From the IMG/VR virus record IMGVR_UViG_3300008117_000018, positions 47,419-111,418 of that record: a stretch of DNA of 64,000 nucleotides; one strand, 5' to 3'. The translations under genes and the position numbers were made by a program. Within the stretch, counting starts at the first letter, position 1; every line of letters begins with the position of its first letter. Positions 60,858-64,000 of this stretch are shown one piece after another. The DNA comes from a virus. A model generated the notes under the pieces. It did no database searches. It saw nothing but the letters and a program-made list of their open reading frames with translations, and was not told the DNA's origin.

Positions 60858-61868
60858 TTAACTAACTATAACATCTAAAGCTGAGTTTTGAACCGTATTT
60901 GTTATCCAAACCTCAAAATTAGTAGTAAAACCATATTGATTTACAAATGGCTGAGCAGTTCTAATTCTTGTAAAAGCATTGCTTGAAAAACCACCTACTG
61001 TAAAACTTGGGGCAGTAGCACCACTAACCGAAGAAGGCCAAGCAAATACTAAATAATTACCACCTCCTCCAATTTGACTATAACTTTTATTTTTAGTGGT
61101 AGATAATTGACTACTTAAATTCTGTATTACTGTATCAGTAACAATAGATGAAACCATAGATGCTGAACCAGGATTATAAAATAAATTTGGATTACCAATA
61201 GAAGATAAATTCACATTGCCCCAGAAAATTCTATTCATCCAAGTAAAAGTAGCAGAACTATTGTAAGTTCCAGTACCATCATTAACAGAGATAGGAAAAG
61301 TCTGTACATAGGATGCTCCCGGTGAGACAGGATAAAAACCAGTTGTAGTCTGACTACCAGCAACACTTGAAGACCAAGGTGGTCCACCAGTAGAATAAGG
61401 AACACTATTAACAGTTATAGAACTAATATCATTAGTTTTTTTGGTTACACTCCAATTCAAAGTGATAGAAGAAAGAGGTACAGGATAGCCATACTCAGCC
61501 TGATTACTTCCAGAAACACTAATACTAACAACTGGACTCTGATAAGGATAAAGTAATTTATCAAACATCTGAGAAATAGTTAAGTTAGAAAAAGTTGAAC
61601 CTGCTGGAATACCACCAATCGTAACTGGTGTAGGAGTAGAATTTGAATAAAACAGAGATACAGAAGCAGATGCTGCAGTCGCAACCACAATAGATAAATC
61701 ATCAACTTTCTTCCACAAAGAGTAAACAGGGCTACGTATATCAATAGGATCAATTAAATTACTATTATTATCTAATAGATTCTTCAATAAATCATCTACG
61801 TTATCATACAAATCTGTAGCTGTAACCGCTTCAAAACCAGTAACAGAATATGAGCCAACTAATGCCAT
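60858..61868 (-). CDS. virion structural protein
   Basis: GGIPAG...ISQMFDKLLYP module shared with 47851..49308; start placed at MALVG. Confidence 0.7.
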   Translation of the reverse strand: MALVGSYSVTGFEAVTATDLYDNVDDLLKNLLDNNSNLIDPIDIRSPVYSLWKKVDDLSIVVATAASASVSLFYSNSTPTPVTIGGIPAGSTFSNLTISQMFDKLLYPYQSPVVSISVSGSNQAEYGYPVPLSSITLNWSVTKKTNDISSITVNSVPYSTGGPPWSSSVAGSQTTTGFYPVSPGASYVQTFPISVNDGTGTYNSSATFTWMNRIFWGNVNLSSIGNPNLFYNPGSASMVSSIVTDTVIQNLSSQLSTTKNKSYSQIGGGGNYLVFAWPSSVSGATAPSFTVGGFSSNAFTRIRTAQPFVNQYGFTTNFEVWITNTVQNSALDVIVS

Positions 61869-61988
61869 TAAAAAAATTAATTTTAAGTATATATAAAATA
61901 CCAAAAACTAAATAAAAGAAAACTTATGGAAAAATTTAAATTTTGAGAAACCAAAAATCAATTAAGAATGTATCATGATGTTTCATGT

Positions 61989-62699
61989 TTAGCATACCCA
62001 AATAAAGTGGTCAGATTTCTCGGATTCAAAAGCCCAATCCTCACCTAAGCAATCTGCGATAATCTCTTTTAACTTAGCGACAGATAATATTTCTTCTAAC
62101 TTATCGTTAAATTTATCCTCCGGCACAATATTTTTTAAATTAATTTTGATATTAGGTAAAATTTCTATCTCCTTATCAGAAAATTCACCATATAAAAAAG
62201 ACAAAATATTAGTTTTAATAAGGTCTACCTCCTCCTTTGAATAGATTACAACATTCCAGTCGTCATTTTCCCAATCGCTTATTTTAAAAGTGTGTTTATC
62301 CGAATCAACCACTTCTATATCACCTAAATTCAAATCGAAATAATCCGCTAAAATTTTTTCTTGTGACAAAGTAGATTTTTCAACTCCTTTATATAGACAC
62401 TCTCTTAAAGAACTCATTTTGAAATCAACCGATTCAAAATAGTTGAAAGATTCAAAAGTCACAACACCATCTGATTCCATAGAAACCCTGTCATTAATAA
62501 TATCATTAAGGACTACATTTGCACCAGACACGTTTTCTAAGTTATTTCTTTTTAAAAAACGATTAAATCTATCAGAACCTGGCCTTAAATAACTTTTTAA
62601 ATTCTTTGGTCTGATTTTCCACTTATCAATATAATCATCAACCAACAAATTAATTTGTTGGTAGTATCTATTAGCATCTTCTCTATTATTAATTGACAT
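61989..62699 (-). CDS. hypothetical protein
   Basis: 236-aa ORF. Confidence 0.7.
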   Translation of the reverse strand: MSINNREDANRYYQQINLLVDDYIDKWKIRPKNLKSYLRPGSDRFNRFLKRNNLENVSGANVVLNDIINDRVSMESDGVVTFESFNYFESVDFKMSSLRECLYKGVEKSTLSQEKILADYFDLNLGDIEVVDSDKHTFKISDWENDDWNVVIYSKEEVDLIKTNILSFLYGEFSDKEIEILPNIKINLKNIVPEDKFNDKLEEILSVAKLKEIIADCLGEDWAFESEKSDHFIWVC

Positions 62700-62997
62700 T
62701 TTTTTTATTTAAATTATATAGGTTTATAAAAGTAGATTCTTCTCTTTCTCTATCTTGTCTTAAATCTTCCTTCTCATCATCATCTAATCTTTCACCAACT
62801 GCAGAATAATATTCATCTTCGGATAATTCTTCAATTTCTTCAGAATCACAAAATTTACAAATACTTTCATCTGTGTTAAAAGATTTAAACAGTGCATTAC
62901 AACCATCACAATGATAATAATTGTTTAAAAAATTTTTCGATGTTGACGGTAAAGTCTGACTAAAATCAAAAGTTTCAAAAGTTTTTACATACTTCAT
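62689..62997 (-). CDS. zinc-ribbon protein (FmdB-like)
   Basis: YHCDGC...CKFCDS; start at MKYVKTFETF. Confidence 0.65.
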   Translation of the reverse strand: MKYVKTFETFDFSQTLPSTSKNFLNNYYHCDGCNALFKSFNTDESICKFCDSEEIEELSEDEYYSAVGERLDDDEKEDLRQDREREESTFINLYNLNKKNVN

Positions 62998-63050
62998 ATT
63001 AGTATATATAAAATTTTTCATTTATAAAATTACTTATTAATATATAGTAT

Positions 63051-63953
63051 ATGAATTTATCACAAACAAGAACTTATTACAATACAAAGCCTGTAGAATT
63101 TGTAGTGAAAGAACATTATAACCTGATTGAAGATAATGAGTATATCCCAAGATTTTCATTAAAAAATGTAAAAGATATAGCAAACATTCCTATTAATGAA
63201 CCAGTAAAGTATTCAGACGCGTTGATGATAAAATGCATCAAATATGGAATGATAATGTTGATAAACTATAAAGGTGAAAAAGACCAACACTTTGCCGGAC
63301 ACGAAAGAGTGGTATATCCTATGGTTTTAGGAAGGTCTTCAAAAGGTAAAACATTACTAAGGGGTTGGCATTTGAACGGTTGGTCGGTTTCTCAGAAAAG
63401 ACATATTAACAAAATCTGGAGATTGTTCAGAACAGATAGAATATTATCTATGACTTTTACCGGTTCTTTTTATAGACTTCCACCAGCTGGTTATAATATG
63501 AATGATAAAGGAATGAGAGGCGGTATTATAACTAAAGCAGATTTCAATGAAATTAGAAGAAATCAACAAAATCTTGTCAATCAAAACAAAATTCAAAATA
63601 GAGAAGAAGTTGAGATGACAACCGATGATAGAAAATTTGCTACGATTAGAGTAAAGCAAACTGACACTCAAATAGATTTAATGAATCCTAATGAAAATGC
63701 TTACATAAATAACAACAAAGATGTAGCAGGACTAAGATTATCTTTTTTGAAAAGTATTTATGGTAATAAATACGTAGCAATTTTAGGAGCGCTTGGCCAA
63801 CCAGGAAACACGGTAAAAATTTTGACAGATAAAGGAACACAATTGGGTGTTTACAAAGTATTAGACTCTATAACTGGACAAGTGTTAAAAAGTATCAAAA
63901 ATGTAAAAGGTAATTCAGTTTACGACCTATATTTATTTGATAAAAAAATGTAA
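63051..63953 (+). CDS. WYL-like domain protein
   Basis: INYKG...ERVVYPMVLG......LLRGW...WRLFRTDRILS.. Confidence 0.7.
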   Translation: MNLSQTRTYYNTKPVEFVVKEHYNLIEDNEYIPRFSLKNVKDIANIPINEPVKYSDALMIKCIKYGMIMLINYKGEKDQHFAGHERVVYPMVLGRSSKGKTLLRGWHLNGWSVSQKRHINKIWRLFRTDRILSMTFTGSFYRLPPAGYNMNDKGMRGGIITKADFNEIRRNQQNLVNQNKIQNREEVEMTTDDRKFATIRVKQTDTQIDLMNPNENAYINNNKDVAGLRLSFLKSIYGNKYVAILGALGQPGNTVKILTDKGTQLGVYKVLDSITGQVLKSIKNVKGNSVYDLYLFDKKM

Positions 63954-64000
63954 GTTAATAAAAAATTAATATAGGAGTTTTTATAATTATAATTTTTCTA

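Noticed and set aside
1-64000. Stop-codon reassignment, as in some large phages
   Set aside because: Conserved genes are full-length in code 11, and TAG/TGA stops fall at plausible gene ends.
1-64000. Eukaryotic giant virus or bacterial chromosome origin (SET, GAMT, GSII, RFC-like genes)
   Set aside because: These genes are interleaved with T4-like portal, terminase, sheath and tube genes and with bacterial-type terminators and promoters.
1-64000. tRNA, rRNA, integrase or transposase
   Set aside because: None recognised by eye; intergenic gaps are short and AT-rich. The TnsA-like ORF fits the gp4 head-completion nuclease better.

Overview
AT-rich, gene-dense segment of a large (jumbo-type) tailed phage with T4-like morphogenesis genes, read in standard code 11. 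It encodes portal, head-completion nuclease, gp2-like, gp15-like and gp25-like proteins, both terminase subunits, a 1327-aa tail sheath, tail tube, gp26/gp51-like hub proteins, a gp55-like late sigma factor, clamp loader and a gp47-like nuclease. Auxiliary genes include type II glutamine synthetase, ClpS, SET and GAMT/Rmt2-like methyltransferases, a nucleotidyltransferase and a WYL-like protein. Two TTTG-N19-TAnnTTTG promoters and several host-like domains point to a Bacteroidota host. Three inferred highlights: (1) a candidate virion protein-glycosylation system, in which a multi-domain glycosyltransferase/FkbM/autotransporter-heptosyltransferase operon (33.2-38.8 kb) converges on a ~22 kb array of Ser/Thr-rich fibre genes, the nearest carrying Gly-Thr-Ser repeats; (2) a shared N-terminal MK(Y/H)(L/I)KxFE-type peptide on unrelated proteins, resembling the T4 capsid-targeting sequence; (3) three apparent promoter classes, including a TAATATATA motif often only 4-5 nt before the ATG. 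All family calls come from motif recognition by eye, not database searches.
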